Source: Actinomycetota bacterium
Lineage (GTDB): Bacteria; Actinomycetota; Actinomycetes; Actinomycetales; Microbacteriaceae
DNA length: 64,000 nucleotides
Direction: 5' to 3'
Assembly (NCBI GenBank): GCA_041181555.1
Contig: JBEGPH010000001.1
Span: 4,040-68,039 of the forward strand
The notes under the pieces are model-generated. The model ran no database searches. It was not told the DNA's origin and saw nothing but the letters and a program-made list of their open reading frames with translations. Each line of letters starts with the position of its first letter. Within the stretch, counting starts at the first letter, position 1. Position numbers and translations under genes: made by a program. Positions 32,802 through 42,520 of the stretch are shown piece after piece.

Positions 32802-33239
32802 ATGCAACAGAACCTGGCATTTTCCGAATGGCAATACCCGCGAATTTCTTCTTTTCTGCCGGCAATCCTTTTCGTTCCTGCGGTATGGATTGTTGGCGCT
32901 CCATTCGAAACCAATGTCGGACTCTTAATCGGAGCTGCGTTGGCATTAGTCGTGGTTTTCATGAAACTCAAAAACAGCAGGTTCATCAAAGTGGACGGTG
33001 AGTTTCTCCTACTGGGCGATGCTGCTATTCCTAGGAAAATAATCGGGAAAGTCTCGGCGATTTCCAAAGAGGAACAATTTTATGAGCGAGGCGCAAGGCT
33101 CGATGCAAGAGCCTTTGTTTTCCTGAAATACGGTTTACCTGAAATGGTAAAGATTGAAATTAAGGATAAGAATGATCCGACACCATACTTATTGGTCTCA
33201 ACTAGACGTGCGAAAGAATTAGAAGACGCCCTCAGCTAG
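32802..33239 (+). CDS. DUF3093 membrane protein
   Basis: Two TM helices, LDARAF, DPTPYLLVSTR; divergent from dut. Confidence 0.85.
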   Translation: MQQNLAFSEWQYPRISSFLPAILFVPAVWIVGAPFETNVGLLIGAALALVVVFMKLKNSRFIKVDGEFLLLGDAAIPRKIIGKVSAISKEEQFYERGARLDARAFVFLKYGLPEMVKIEIKDKNDPTPYLLVSTRRAKELEDALS

Positions 33240-33520
33240 GCACATTCAACGCAAACTTCGCCAAACTTACCTTTTTTGGGAGCGAGCATGGATCGGTGTT
33301 TGACGATGAAACACTCTGAGCAGGTAAATTCATCGGTCTGTGGCGGAACCACAACTACATCAAGATCTTCACTAACAACGTCGGGTAGCGAGAAGTCTCC
33401 GTGATCGGCTTCATCGACATCGACAGTGCCTCCAGTCTTAGCTGGAATGCGCTCTTTAATCGCGTCGAGAGACTCTGCATCGTCATCATTCTTACGCGGT
33501 GCGTCGTAGTCGGTTGCCAT
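33236..33520 (-). CDS. DUF4193 protein
   Basis: MATDYDAPRK, DEFTCSECFIVKHRS, C..C. Confidence 0.92.
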   Translation of the reverse strand: MATDYDAPRKNDDDAESLDAIKERIPAKTGGTVDVDEADHGDFSLPDVVSEDLDVVVVPPQTDEFTCSECFIVKHRSMLAPKKGKFGEVCVECA

Positions 33521-33694
33521 ACCTACCTCTCGTTACATACCTTCAGGCGTGCATAGTTTGCAACTAAATCGGGCAAATTGCAAACGAGCAACGCCGAGTT
33601 TAGCGACAACAATTTGGAATTAGCCCACTCACCCGCGTAAATCCCCGATTTCTAGGCTGCCCAATGTCAAACTTTCCTTGAAAAGGAGCATTTA

Positions 33695-34642
33695 ATGGAC
33701 GATTTGAGAATAAACAGCACGGATGGCGAGCATCTGATTCTGGAGTCTCAAGACGGCAACAAGCATCGCCTATTGATTGATGACTCACTCCGTGCCGCGA
33801 TTCGCACTCCATCACTTTCTAGCTCCAAATCAATCCAGCTAACTCCAAGGGAGATCCAGGCAGCAATTCGATCGGGCTCATCGGTTGATGATTTGATTTC
33901 GAAGAGCGGTGACCCTCGCGACTATGTTGAAAAATTCGCGCAGCCCGTACTCGATGAGTTAACCCACGTATTGGCAACGGCTCTAGGCGTGAGGATTTCC
34001 GTAGCCGGCGATCGATACAACGAAGTTAGCCAAACTGAATTTGGCGAAATCATATCTGCTCGACTCGCAGCAAGCGGAGTGCAAAACATTTCTTGGTCCA
34101 CTCATCGCGATGAAAATCATCCATGGCGAATTGTTGTTGCTTACTCGCTAAATGGACAAAAGCAGAATGGCGTCTGGTCTTTCGACGTCAAGAAACTTTT
34201 ACTTTCACCAGAAAACGACATTGCGGTTACTCTGTCTACTCAAAATCAACTAACCGAAGCTCCCAAATTGAAACCCGTTGAGGTGGTGACGGAGCCGGTA
34301 GCTGAGAGCTCGATAATTGAAACAGCAGCACTTCCTGAAACACAAAGACTCGAAACAGTTATTCCAATTGGTCGAGCAAGTGACCGAGTCTTAATAGAGA
34401 AACCGGCATCAGAGCCAGCGAAAATCGCTGAATCAAAAGACTTACTTGACGCACTTAAGAAGAAGCGTGAGGAGCGCGCAACACAGACGGTAGCTATTGA
34501 AGTCAAAGAAGTAGAAGTTGTTGACTCTCCAGAAAATACCGAAACTCCAGCTCCCGCCCCGGCCCCTATTCGGCGTTCTGGGCGTCCAAGCATTCCTAGC
34601 TTCGACGAAATTGTTCAGGGAACCAAGAGCGAGGACGAATAA
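33695..34642 (+). CDS. sepH: Septation protein SepH (DUF3071)
   Basis: LTPREIQAAIRSG HTH, FAQPVL.E, C-terminal RPSIPSFDEI. Confidence 0.88.
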   Translation: MDDLRINSTDGEHLILESQDGNKHRLLIDDSLRAAIRTPSLSSSKSIQLTPREIQAAIRSGSSVDDLISKSGDPRDYVEKFAQPVLDELTHVLATALGVRISVAGDRYNEVSQTEFGEIISARLAASGVQNISWSTHRDENHPWRIVVAYSLNGQKQNGVWSFDVKKLLLSPENDIAVTLSTQNQLTEAPKLKPVEVVTEPVAESSIIETAALPETQRLETVIPIGRASDRVLIEKPASEPAKIAESKDLLDALKKKREERATQTVAIEVKEVEVVDSPENTETPAPAPAPIRRSGRPSIPSFDEIVQGTKSEDE

Positions 34643-35751
34643 TCGCCTAATTTCAAAATTGGGACAGTAATCTCAGCTGCGGTTAGCCCTCCGTGCTGAC
34701 CGATCATGTTTAGGCTTGCCGGCTTTGCAAAACCTCGGTGATAGCAAACCCTCCTGGTCTCAGCCAAAACAACTAAATCCGGTGCGATATTCTCAAGCAG
34801 CAATACCTCTTGGTCGTAAAGCCCAGCTGCGACGAGTTCAGTCATGTCGAATACCTGGGCTGCCCCATCGAGCCACTCGGAAAGTTCGGATCGGGCCCGA
34901 ACTTGGTCGACTCCATCCTTGAAATACAGAAAGGTTGCTCTTGGGTCGCCACCAACATCAAGAAGTGAGTCTTTGATGGCATCGCACTCATCCAAGTAGA
35001 CGCGACCGTGAGCGGGAACATCGATTACACCATGATCGGCAGTAAGGATTATGCCTCGATTCTTCGCCGCAGACTCATGTAATTGCTTCAGCTCGGCATC
35101 AACTTGCTCAAGCAATTGCGTCCACTTATCCGAATTGCTACCAAAACGATGCGCGGCTTGATCAAGTTCCGGAATGTATAGGTAAATAAGTTTTCCAGAT
35201 CCCGAATTGAGCTCATTCAATGCCAGATTAAATCTCTGCGAGATGCTTGCTGCTCCAAGGAATTTAGCGCCCGGAAAAGTTGCCATACTAAAGCCTGAAT
35301 CCTCGTATTCGGTTCTGCTAACAACCACCAGTTGCTCGTTGTTTGAGATTATCGGGTCACTTCGCAGATAATGCTTAACTGTCTCTGCGGTCAATCCGGT
35401 CAGTAGGTTTACCGACTCAGATTTCTCACGATCGAAAACTCGATAGCCCATAATTCCGTGGATGCTTGGAGATTTGCCGGTTGCAAGTGAAACAATCGAT
35501 GCCGCTGTGGTGCTTGGAAAACCCGAGTAACCCTTAGCGTCTTTTTGCATGCATTTTCTAATGAATGGCGCATGGCCTGAAAATTGATTTAGATTTTCCC
35601 AGCCAAGCCCGTCGACCATGATAACTAGAGAATTCTTTACTCTTGGAAGATTGAGCGGGTTCGCGCCACCGCTCAGAGAGTCGTAAGCGCTGCGAAACAC
35701 ATCTTTCAGGTTCCCGAAAGCCTGTGGTAACGCGGGTAGCATCGTAGGCAT
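34615..35751 (-). CDS. Alkaline phosphatase superfamily phosphodiesterase / nucleotide pyrophosphatase
   Basis: VDGLG, FPSTTA, LDQAAH, TADHG, GQHGG. Confidence 0.88.
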   Translation of the reverse strand: MPTMLPALPQAFGNLKDVFRSAYDSLSGGANPLNLPRVKNSLVIMVDGLGWENLNQFSGHAPFIRKCMQKDAKGYSGFPSTTAASIVSLATGKSPSIHGIMGYRVFDREKSESVNLLTGLTAETVKHYLRSDPIISNNEQLVVVSRTEYEDSGFSMATFPGAKFLGAASISQRFNLALNELNSGSGKLIYLYIPELDQAAHRFGSNSDKWTQLLEQVDAELKQLHESAAKNRGIILTADHGVIDVPAHGRVYLDECDAIKDSLLDVGGDPRATFLYFKDGVDQVRARSELSEWLDGAAQVFDMTELVAAGLYDQEVLLLENIAPDLVVLAETRRVCYHRGFAKPASLNMIGQHGGLTAAEITVPILKLGDYSSSLLVP

Positions 35752-35782
35752 TACGAAAAGTCTGCCACAGCCCTAAGAAGAC

Positions 35783-38200
35783 ATGAGCGCAAAAGAAACC
35801 CCAGACGAGAAGATTCTCGACATTGATCTTTCAAAAGAGATGCAGGAATCATTCCTGGAGTACAGCTATTCGGTCATCTACGCTCGAGCACTCCCCGACG
35901 CCAGAGACGGCCTCAAACCAGTTCACCGTCGAATCATCTATCAGATGGGTGAAATGGGCCTTCGCCCGGATCGCGGCCACGTAAAGTCGGCTCGTGTAAC
36001 CGGTGAAGTAATGGGTAAATTGCATCCGCATGGAGATGCAGCAATCTACGACGCACTAGTGCGCATGGCTCAACCGTTTAGCCTGCGCGTGCCACTGATC
36101 GACGGGCACGGAAACTTTGGAAGTCTGGACGACGGCCCAGCGGCTGCGCGATACACGGAAGCTCGACTCTCCGCCGCCTCTTTGCTCATGAACGAGGGTT
36201 TGGATGAGGACGTTGTCGACTTCAAGCCAAACTACGATGCCCAGCTAACTGAGCCCGAAGTGCTTCCGGCAGCGTTCCCAAACCTTCTGGTTAATGGCTC
36301 CTCAGGTATCGCTGTTGGTATGGCAACAAACATGCCGCCGCACAACCTGCGCGAGGTGATTGCCGCAGCTCGTTTTTTGCTGGCTAACCCAGATGCAACT
36401 GTCAAACAACTTATGAAGTACGTTCCCGGTCCGGATCTACCTAACGGCGGAATCATCATGGGTCTAGACGGTGTGAAGGAGGCATACGAAACCGGCAAAG
36501 GCTCTTTCAAGACCAGAGCTCGTGTCTCAGTTGAGTCAGTCTCACAGCGAAAACTAGGCCTGGTTGTCACCGAACTTCCATATCTGGTTGGTCCAGAAAA
36601 GGTAATTGAGCGGATCAAAGACGGAGTGAATTCAAAGAAACTCCAAGGCATTTCAGACGTCACCGACCTCACTGACCGCACCAACGGCTTGAAATTGGTG
36701 ATTGACCTCAAGACTGGTTTCGACCCGCAGGTTGTGCTCGATTTGCTCTACCGGTTCACTCCGATGGAGGACTCTTTTGGTATCAATAACGTTGCCCTGG
36801 TGAAAGGCCGACCAGCAACGCTTGGCCTTAAAGAAATGCTTAGGGTGTACCTCGATCACCGACTTGAAGTAACTACACGTCGCACTGCCAACCGCCTTGG
36901 AAAACGCGAAGCAAGACTTCACCTTGTTGAGGGTTTACTAATCGCTACCCTCAACATCGATGAGGTCATTCAAGTAATCCGCACCAGCGACGAAGTAGAC
37001 GAAGCACGAACCAAACTCCGCAAAGTATTCGACTTGAGCGAGTTGCAGGCCGAGTACATCCTCGAACTTCGTCTACGACGACTCACCAAATTTTCTCAAA
37101 TTGAGTTGGAGACTGAGAAGAAAGATCTCTTAGCCGACATCAAGGAACTCAAGAAAATTCTGGCTAGCAAAGAAGTGCTAGAGGGATTGGTTTCTGACGA
37201 GCTAGAAGCAGTCGCCGAAAAATATGGCGAGCCACGCCGCACTACCCTGATTACCGACTTTGAAGAAGTCAAACCGGTGTCTGCTGCAAAGGTTGCCGGC
37301 ATGGACGCACAGTTGGCCGACGGACCAACCATTATTCGGGTAACCACAACCGGCATAATTACCCGCTTCGATTCAGAAGACCTTTCAGAAATAGTTGGTT
37401 CAAAACGCAAACGCCATGATGCGGTTGCAGACCGGTTTAAAGCCACAACCCGCAGTGACATTGGTTTTGTTACCAGCGCTGGGCGAATTATCCGTATTCA
37501 TGCCTCAGACATCCCTGCCGTTTCGGATCCCACAGATCTCGCCGGCGGAGCCAAGGCAGGGGATTTCCTCGGCCTAGCTAAGAAGGAGCGCTTGCTGCAC
37601 GCATTCGTGCTCGACGATAACGCCAAACTAGCCATCGGCACCAAGCGAGGAGTCGTTAAGCGATTGAGTAACGACTGGCCAGCAAAACATGAATTCGAAA
37701 TCATTGCGCTAAAACCGGGTGATGAGGTTATTGGAGCCTGCCAGGGCGATTACTCGAAGGAGTATGTATTCATCACATCGGATGCGCAGTTGCTCAGATT
37801 TAATGCTGATTCAGTGCGTCCTACAGGTCGCGGTGCAGCCGGTATTTCAGGCATGAGCATGGGCAAGGAAGCCAGCGCCATTTACTTTGGCTGCACAGGA
37901 CCAGACGCAATCGTAGTCACAGCGGCAAATAACTCCGATGCGCTTCCGGGCACTGATCCTGGATCGGCTAAGGCCTCTGCCCTATCAGAATTCCCTAGCA
38001 AGGGTCGTTCTACTAGCGGCGTGCGAGCACACAAGTTCATTAGAAATGAAAACCAGCTTTACTTCGCTTGGGTTGGTAGCGCCGACGCGCTGGCTGCAAC
38101 GGTTGACGGAAAACCAATTGATTTGGATTTGGAACCAGCCAAGCGGGATGCCTCGGGTACCAAAATAACGAGCGCTTTGGGCGGACTAGGTAGTCGCTAA
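35783..38200 (+). CDS. parC: DNA topoisomerase IV subunit A (actinobacterial GyrA paralog)
   Basis: [25 protein letters not shown] catalytic Tyr; CTD lacks a canonical GyrA box. Confidence 0.85.
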   Translation: MSAKETPDEKILDIDLSKEMQESFLEYSYSVIYARALPDARDGLKPVHRRIIYQMGEMGLRPDRGHVKSARVTGEVMGKLHPHGDAAIYDALVRMAQPFSLRVPLIDGHGNFGSLDDGPAAARYTEARLSAASLLMNEGLDEDVVDFKPNYDAQLTEPEVLPAAFPNLLVNGSSGIAVGMATNMPPHNLREVIAAARFLLANPDATVKQLMKYVPGPDLPNGGIIMGLDGVKEAYETGKGSFKTRARVSVESVSQRKLGLVVTELPYLVGPEKVIERIKDGVNSKKLQGISDVTDLTDRTNGLKLVIDLKTGFDPQVVLDLLYRFTPMEDSFGINNVALVKGRPATLGLKEMLRVYLDHRLEVTTRRTANRLGKREARLHLVEGLLIATLNIDEVIQVIRTSDEVDEARTKLRKVFDLSELQAEYILELRLRRLTKFSQIELETEKKDLLADIKELKKILASKEVLEGLVSDELEAVAEKYGEPRRTTLITDFEEVKPVSAAKVAGMDAQLADGPTIIRVTTTGIITRFDSEDLSEIVGSKRKRHDAVADRFKATTRSDIGFVTSAGRIIRIHASDIPAVSDPTDLAGGAKAGDFLGLAKKERLLHAFVLDDNAKLAIGTKRGVVKRLSNDWPAKHEFEIIALKPGDEVIGACQGDYSKEYVFITSDAQLLRFNADSVRPTGRGAAGISGMSMGKEASAIYFGCTGPDAIVVTAANNSDALPGTDPGSAKASALSEFPSKGRSTSGVRAHKFIRNENQLYFAWVGSADALAATVDGKPIDLDLEPAKRDASGTKITSALGGLGSR

Positions 38201-38204
38201 AGAG

Positions 38205-40286
38205 CTAAGCGTCGATTCGATCGCGTTCGAAACTGTCTGCAGAATCGATTATGAAATCGCGTCGAGGAGCAACTTCGTTGCCCATCAAAAGCTCAAATAC
38301 CTTGTCATTAATTTCAGCGTCTTCGATTCGCACGCGGCGAAGAGTTCTTCGGGAACGATCCATTGTGGTCTCGGCGAGCTGGTCAGCATCCATTTCACCT
38401 AGTCCCTTGTAACGCTGAATTGGTTCCTTGTAACGTTTGCCAGCCTTTTCTAACTTCTGCAAAAGCTGTTCTAGCTCTTGCTGCGAGTAGGTATAAATGA
38501 CTTCGTTTGCCTTTGAACCTGCGTTAATCACTTCGACACGATGTAGCGGCGGAACCGCAGCAAAAACTCGCCCATTCTCAAGAAGCGGACGCATGTATCG
38601 ATAGATAAGCGTGAGTAAAAGTGTGCGAATGTGAGCTCCATCTACATCGGCGTCACTCATAAGAATCACCTTGCCGTAACGAGCAAGGTCCAAATCAAAG
38701 CTGCGACCAGAACCTGCCCCAATGACCTGGATAATCGACGCACACTCAGCGTTGGAAAGCATGTCGGAAACCGAAGACTTCTGGACGTTAAGAATCTTGC
38801 CTCGAATTGGCAACAGAGCCTGGTACTCGCTGTTGCGGGCCAATTTGGCCGTACCAAGAGCTGAGTCACCCTCAACAATAAATAACTCTGAGATTCCGGT
38901 TTCTTGGGTGCGGCAGTCAACGAGTTTGCTTGGCAACGACGAAGACTCCAGAGCGTTCTTACGACGCTGTGTTTCCTTGTGAGCGCGAGCTGAGACTCGC
39001 GATTTCATCTCGGCAACAATCTTCTCAAGCAGAAGGGCAGACTGCGCTTTGTCGTCGCGCTTACCGCTGGCAAAGCGATCGTTTAGAGCCTTTGTTACAA
39101 CGTTGGCAACGATGTTGCGCACGGCAGGTGTACCCAAAACTTCTTTGGTTTGCCCTTCGAATTGCGGTTCGGCTAGTCGCACCGTTACCACTGCGGTGAG
39201 GCCGGTGAGGATGTCTTCCTTCTCAACCTTGTCGTTACCAACCTTTAGTTTTCGAGCGTTTGAGTCAATCTGCGCGCGGAGTGACTTCATCAAAGCTTGT
39301 TCAAATCCGGCAATGTGGGTTCCGCCCTTTGGCGTGGCAATGATGTTCACAAATGATTTGATCTCGGTGTCGTAACCAGTCCCCCAGCGCACGGCAACAT
39401 CTACGTCGCAGTTTCTGGTTACTTCGCGGCTCACCATGTCACCCGACTCGTCCAATACCGGAATGGTTTCGGTGAATTCACCCGAGCCGGATAGGCGCCA
39501 GGTAGCGGTTAGATTTGCGTCTTTGGCGAGGTAGTTCGCGAATTCAACGATTCCGCCGTTGAATTTGAAATCTTGCTTTTCAACTACTTCCCCGCGCTGG
39601 TCTTCTATGTGGATTCCGAGCCCCGGCACCAAGAATGCAGTCTGGCGGGCGCGGTTATAAAGATCTTCGCTGCTGAAATTTGCATCTTTGATAAAGATTT
39701 GCGGATCGGCCCAGTATCGAACGCGAGTGCCGGTGACGTTTTTTCCTACTTTGCCCACTTCACGCAGGATGCTGCCATCTTCGAAAGGCTTGAATTTGTT
39801 TCCAGGCTTGATTCCCTTGGAGTCATCGAAGATACCCGGTTCACCCCGCCGAAAAGACATCGCGTAAGTTTTGCCGTCTCGATCAACTTCAACATCGAGT
39901 CGCTCAGAAAGCGCATTAACCACGGACGCACCGACACCGTGAAGTCCTCCCGAGGCCGCGTATGAACCAGACCCAAACTTTCCACCCGCATGTAGCTTCG
40001 TGAATACAACTTCGACACCGCTAAGGCCGGTCTTTGGTTCGATATCAACAGGAATTCCTCGTGCCTTGTCACGAACTTCCACACTGCCGTCGTCGTGCAA
40101 AACAATGCTGATCTCGTCTCCGTGGCCGGCCAGTGCCTCATCAACAGAGTTATCGATGATTTCCCAAAGACAGTGCATCAAGCCACGAGAATCGGTTGAA
40201 CCGATGTACATACCGGGGCGCTTGCGAACCGCCTCTAACCCCTCTAGAACACTGAGGTGGCGGGCTGAATATTCGCTCTTAGACAC
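38205..40286 (-). CDS. parE: DNA topoisomerase IV subunit B (GyrB paralog)
   Basis: LEAVRKRPGMYIG, EIIDNSVDE, VEGDSA, DADVDGAHI, QRYKGLGEM. Confidence 0.85.
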   Translation of the reverse strand: MSKSEYSARHLSVLEGLEAVRKRPGMYIGSTDSRGLMHCLWEIIDNSVDEALAGHGDEISIVLHDDGSVEVRDKARGIPVDIEPKTGLSGVEVVFTKLHAGGKFGSGSYAASGGLHGVGASVVNALSERLDVEVDRDGKTYAMSFRRGEPGIFDDSKGIKPGNKFKPFEDGSILREVGKVGKNVTGTRVRYWADPQIFIKDANFSSEDLYNRARQTAFLVPGLGIHIEDQRGEVVEKQDFKFNGGIVEFANYLAKDANLTATWRLSGSGEFTETIPVLDESGDMVSREVTRNCDVDVAVRWGTGYDTEIKSFVNIIATPKGGTHIAGFEQALMKSLRAQIDSNARKLKVGNDKVEKEDILTGLTAVVTVRLAEPQFEGQTKEVLGTPAVRNIVANVVTKALNDRFASGKRDDKAQSALLLEKIVAEMKSRVSARAHKETQRRKNALESSSLPSKLVDCRTQETGISELFIVEGDSALGTAKLARNSEYQALLPIRGKILNVQKSSVSDMLSNAECASIIQVIGAGSGRSFDLDLARYGKVILMSDADVDGAHIRTLLLTLIYRYMRPLLENGRVFAAVPPLHRVEVINAGSKANEVIYTYSQQELEQLLQKLEKAGKRYKEPIQRYKGLGEMDADQLAETTMDRSRRTLRRVRIEDAEINDKVFELLMGNEVAPRRDFIIDSADSFERDRIDA

Positions 40287-40431
40287 CCCGTAATGCTACC
40301 CGCGAGGCCTGTAAATGCCTGGAATTTACACGAATCAGAAATTGTTCAATTCGCAGTTAGCGAAATAGTGCGACACGGTGCTCGAAAAGTCATGTTGGTG
40401 TGTTGAGATAGATGCACCGAAAGGAATCGCA

Positions 40432-40650
40432 ATGAACATCGAATCAGAAATCACCGAAGAGCAAACTCAGGCCCCAGAACTCACAGCTGCGGACCGTTGC
40501 GACGAATGTGGTGCGCAAGCATACATTCGCGTTGAGTTGGCTTCTGGTGAACTTTTGTTCTGCGGCCACCACGGAAACGAGAAGCGCGAAGCCCTAGAGC
40601 CTATTGCGATTTCTTGGCACGACGAAACCGAGAAACTACTCTCTCGCTAA
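40432..40650 (+). CDS. Small conserved actinobacterial putative Zn-binding protein
   Basis: LTAADRCDECGAQAY...LLFCGHH; start ATG 40432 after AAAGGA; typically divergent from parE. Confidence 0.8.
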   Translation: MNIESEITEEQTQAPELTAADRCDECGAQAYIRVELASGELLFCGHHGNEKREALEPIAISWHDETEKLLSR

Positions 40651-41261
40651 CTGCTAGCCTGCTCTGCTGCCAGCTTTCTCGCAGCGTCCGCAAGTAGTTC
40701 AATCTGATCCAGTTTTTGAACACTTATTTCGGAACGAGCAACTTTTCCCCGAATTGACTCAATCAATTGATCAGCAAGCCAGCTGTTTTTGGTGAGCAGT
40801 GGGCCGTGCAGCATGCTGCCAAGTAGATTGCCGTGACGGTGGATAATCGGCAGTGAAAGATCTGAGTTCAAATACCCGTAGATCTGCTCACCTTCGAATT
40901 CTTCAACAACGAAGACTGATTTTCTTTCCGTGCGAACTACCGGAGTATCAAGTCCGGGTAACAAGCCGTGGAGTGCTGCATATCCGCTTGAAATCGCAAC
41001 TACATGAGTTCCGCTCTTCATCCATTGATCGAAAAGGGGAACCAGTCGGGAAAATTCAACGTAAATCTGTTTCCAAGCTGCAGATGAACCATGGCCAATT
41101 ACTACCAGGTCGGGACGTTCTCTTGGTGTTTGCCCAGGCTGCAGCGATGAAACTGCTGCTGCTAAGCCACCCCAGTTGGCTCGCTTGGCTAGCACCAAGG
41201 CATTACCGCCGTCACCATTCAAATCAAGGTGGTCTGGAAAAACTTGCAAAATCTTGATCAT
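40647..41261 (-). CDS. gatD: GatD/CobQ-like class I glutamine amidotransferase homolog lacking the catalytic Cys
   Basis: DLNGDGGN, AISSGY (normally aICGGY), GSMLHGPLL.KN; overlaps the murT stop. Confidence 0.8.
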   Translation of the reverse strand: MIKILQVFPDHLDLNGDGGNALVLAKRANWGGLAAAVSSLQPGQTPRERPDLVVIGHGSSAAWKQIYVEFSRLVPLFDQWMKSGTHVVAISSGYAALHGLLPGLDTPVVRTERKSVFVVEEFEGEQIYGYLNSDLSLPIIHRHGNLLGSMLHGPLLTKNSWLADQLIESIRGKVARSEISVQKLDQIELLADAARKLAAEQASS

Positions 41262-42520
41262 CGCTCGACCTCATCCGGACTGGTGAACCCTAAGTGGCGG
41301 CGAAGCCGGCGCATAGCGTCGGCTGAAAATACAACGGTGCGAATACCGCGGGTTGGCGCAGGAAGGGACATAAATTTATCGAAGGCCTCAAACAGATCAG
41401 GTTCGACTGTCCCAATCTCAACATCCGCGTAAGCAAGTCGCAAACCGAGTTCTGCATAGTTGTAGCCACTGATTACGTCAACACTTTCCAACCGCTTCAA
41501 ATCAACTGTCCACAGCCACGATGGATCATGCACATCACGACCGACGGCAATCATAAGACGATCAAGTGGTAGGTCAAGATTGTCGAGGTTCAGCTGGAAA
41601 CTGGTTGGATTTTGAACCAGAACGAATTCGACTGTAACATCACCAATGTGAACAATCTCACCGCGTGCAAATACTGGCGGCAGTTCGTCGAGGATCTTTT
41701 CCGCCAGGACCAAATCGAACTTATCGCCAAGAATTTCCTTTGCGGTGCTCAACGCCGCAACGGCATCCAATGCATAGTGCAAACCGCGATTCGGCAAATC
41801 AAAGATTGCCTCACGTTCGCCAATGCTTACTGAACATCGCTTGCCATTGAGAGATCTAACCTCAGCATCAACGACTGGTCTCGGCAGGGTGTTGGCGTAG
41901 GTTGGAGCAACCCCAAGGTCACTTCCCTGGGAAACCGATTGCGCAATTCCGAACCATCTTTTTTCAGGCAAATGAGCAGAATCATCGATAAGCAAAATGT
42001 TTTGATCGTCCGCATTAAGGAGTACTGACTGAGTTGCACGACTGGCCACCGACTGAAGTTTGTCTCGAACTATTTTGGGTTCAACAAAACGATCAAGCTG
42101 ATCCTCTAGAACGTTTAGCAGAGTCACGATCCTTGGAGCAACCTCTGCGGTAATCGATTCCGCGTGACCTTCATCCATTTCAAGGATTGCGATGTCACCT
42201 GGAATTCGTCCAAAAATATCCGATCTCTCAATAATTGATGAAAAGAATCCCTGGCGAATGTTTGCGGTCGATGGGTTCGTAAACACTTCTAAACCATGAG
42301 CACGCGCGATAGCAACAACCATTTTGGTAGTTGTGGATTTACCGGCTGAACCCGTAATTACGACAACACCTTGCGGAAATGACCGCAATGTTCTTGCCAG
42401 AAGCTTAGGTGCGACTTTGCTCAGCAAGAGACCCGGAAGTGCAGAGCCACCACCTGGGCGAAAGCGCCTGATTGCGACTCGCGCCAAGCGACTTAAAGCT
42501 ATCGCCGGCAAATAGACCAT
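41258..42520 (-). CDS. murT: MurT-like Mur ligase (DUF1727 C-terminal domain)
   Basis: GGSALPG, TGSAGKSTT P-loop, LEMDEG, DQLDRF, NADD, D..D.SWLW. Confidence 0.85.
   Translation of the reverse strand: MVYLPAIALSRLARVAIRRFRPGGGSALPGLLLSKVAPKLLARTLRSFPQGVVVITGSAGKSTTTKMVVAIARAHGLEVFTNPSTANIRQGFFSSIIERSDIFGRIPGDIAILEMDEGHAESITAEVAPRIVTLLNVLEDQLDRFVEPKIVRDKLQSVASRATQSVLLNADDQNILLIDDSAHLPEKRWFGIAQSVSQGSDLGVAPTYANTLPRPVVDAEVRSLNGKRCSVSIGEREAIFDLPNRGLHYALDAVAALSTAKEILGDKFDLVLAEKILDELPPVFARGEIVHIGDVTVEFVLVQNPTSFQLNLDNLDLPLDRLMIAVGRDVHDPSWLWTVDLKRLESVDVISGYNYAELGLRLAYADVEIGTVEPDLFEAFDKFMSLPAPTRGIRTVVFSADAMRRLRRHLGFTSPDEVER

Noticed and set aside
32777-33067. 97-aa N-terminal extension of dUTPase in the ORF track
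   Set aside because: Overlaps DUF3093 on the opposite strand; dUTPase homology begins at ATG 32776.
40371-40377. CGACAC(G) motifs (also near 20131 and 53981) as WhiA sites
   Set aside because: The motif is too short and inconsistently oriented to distinguish from chance.
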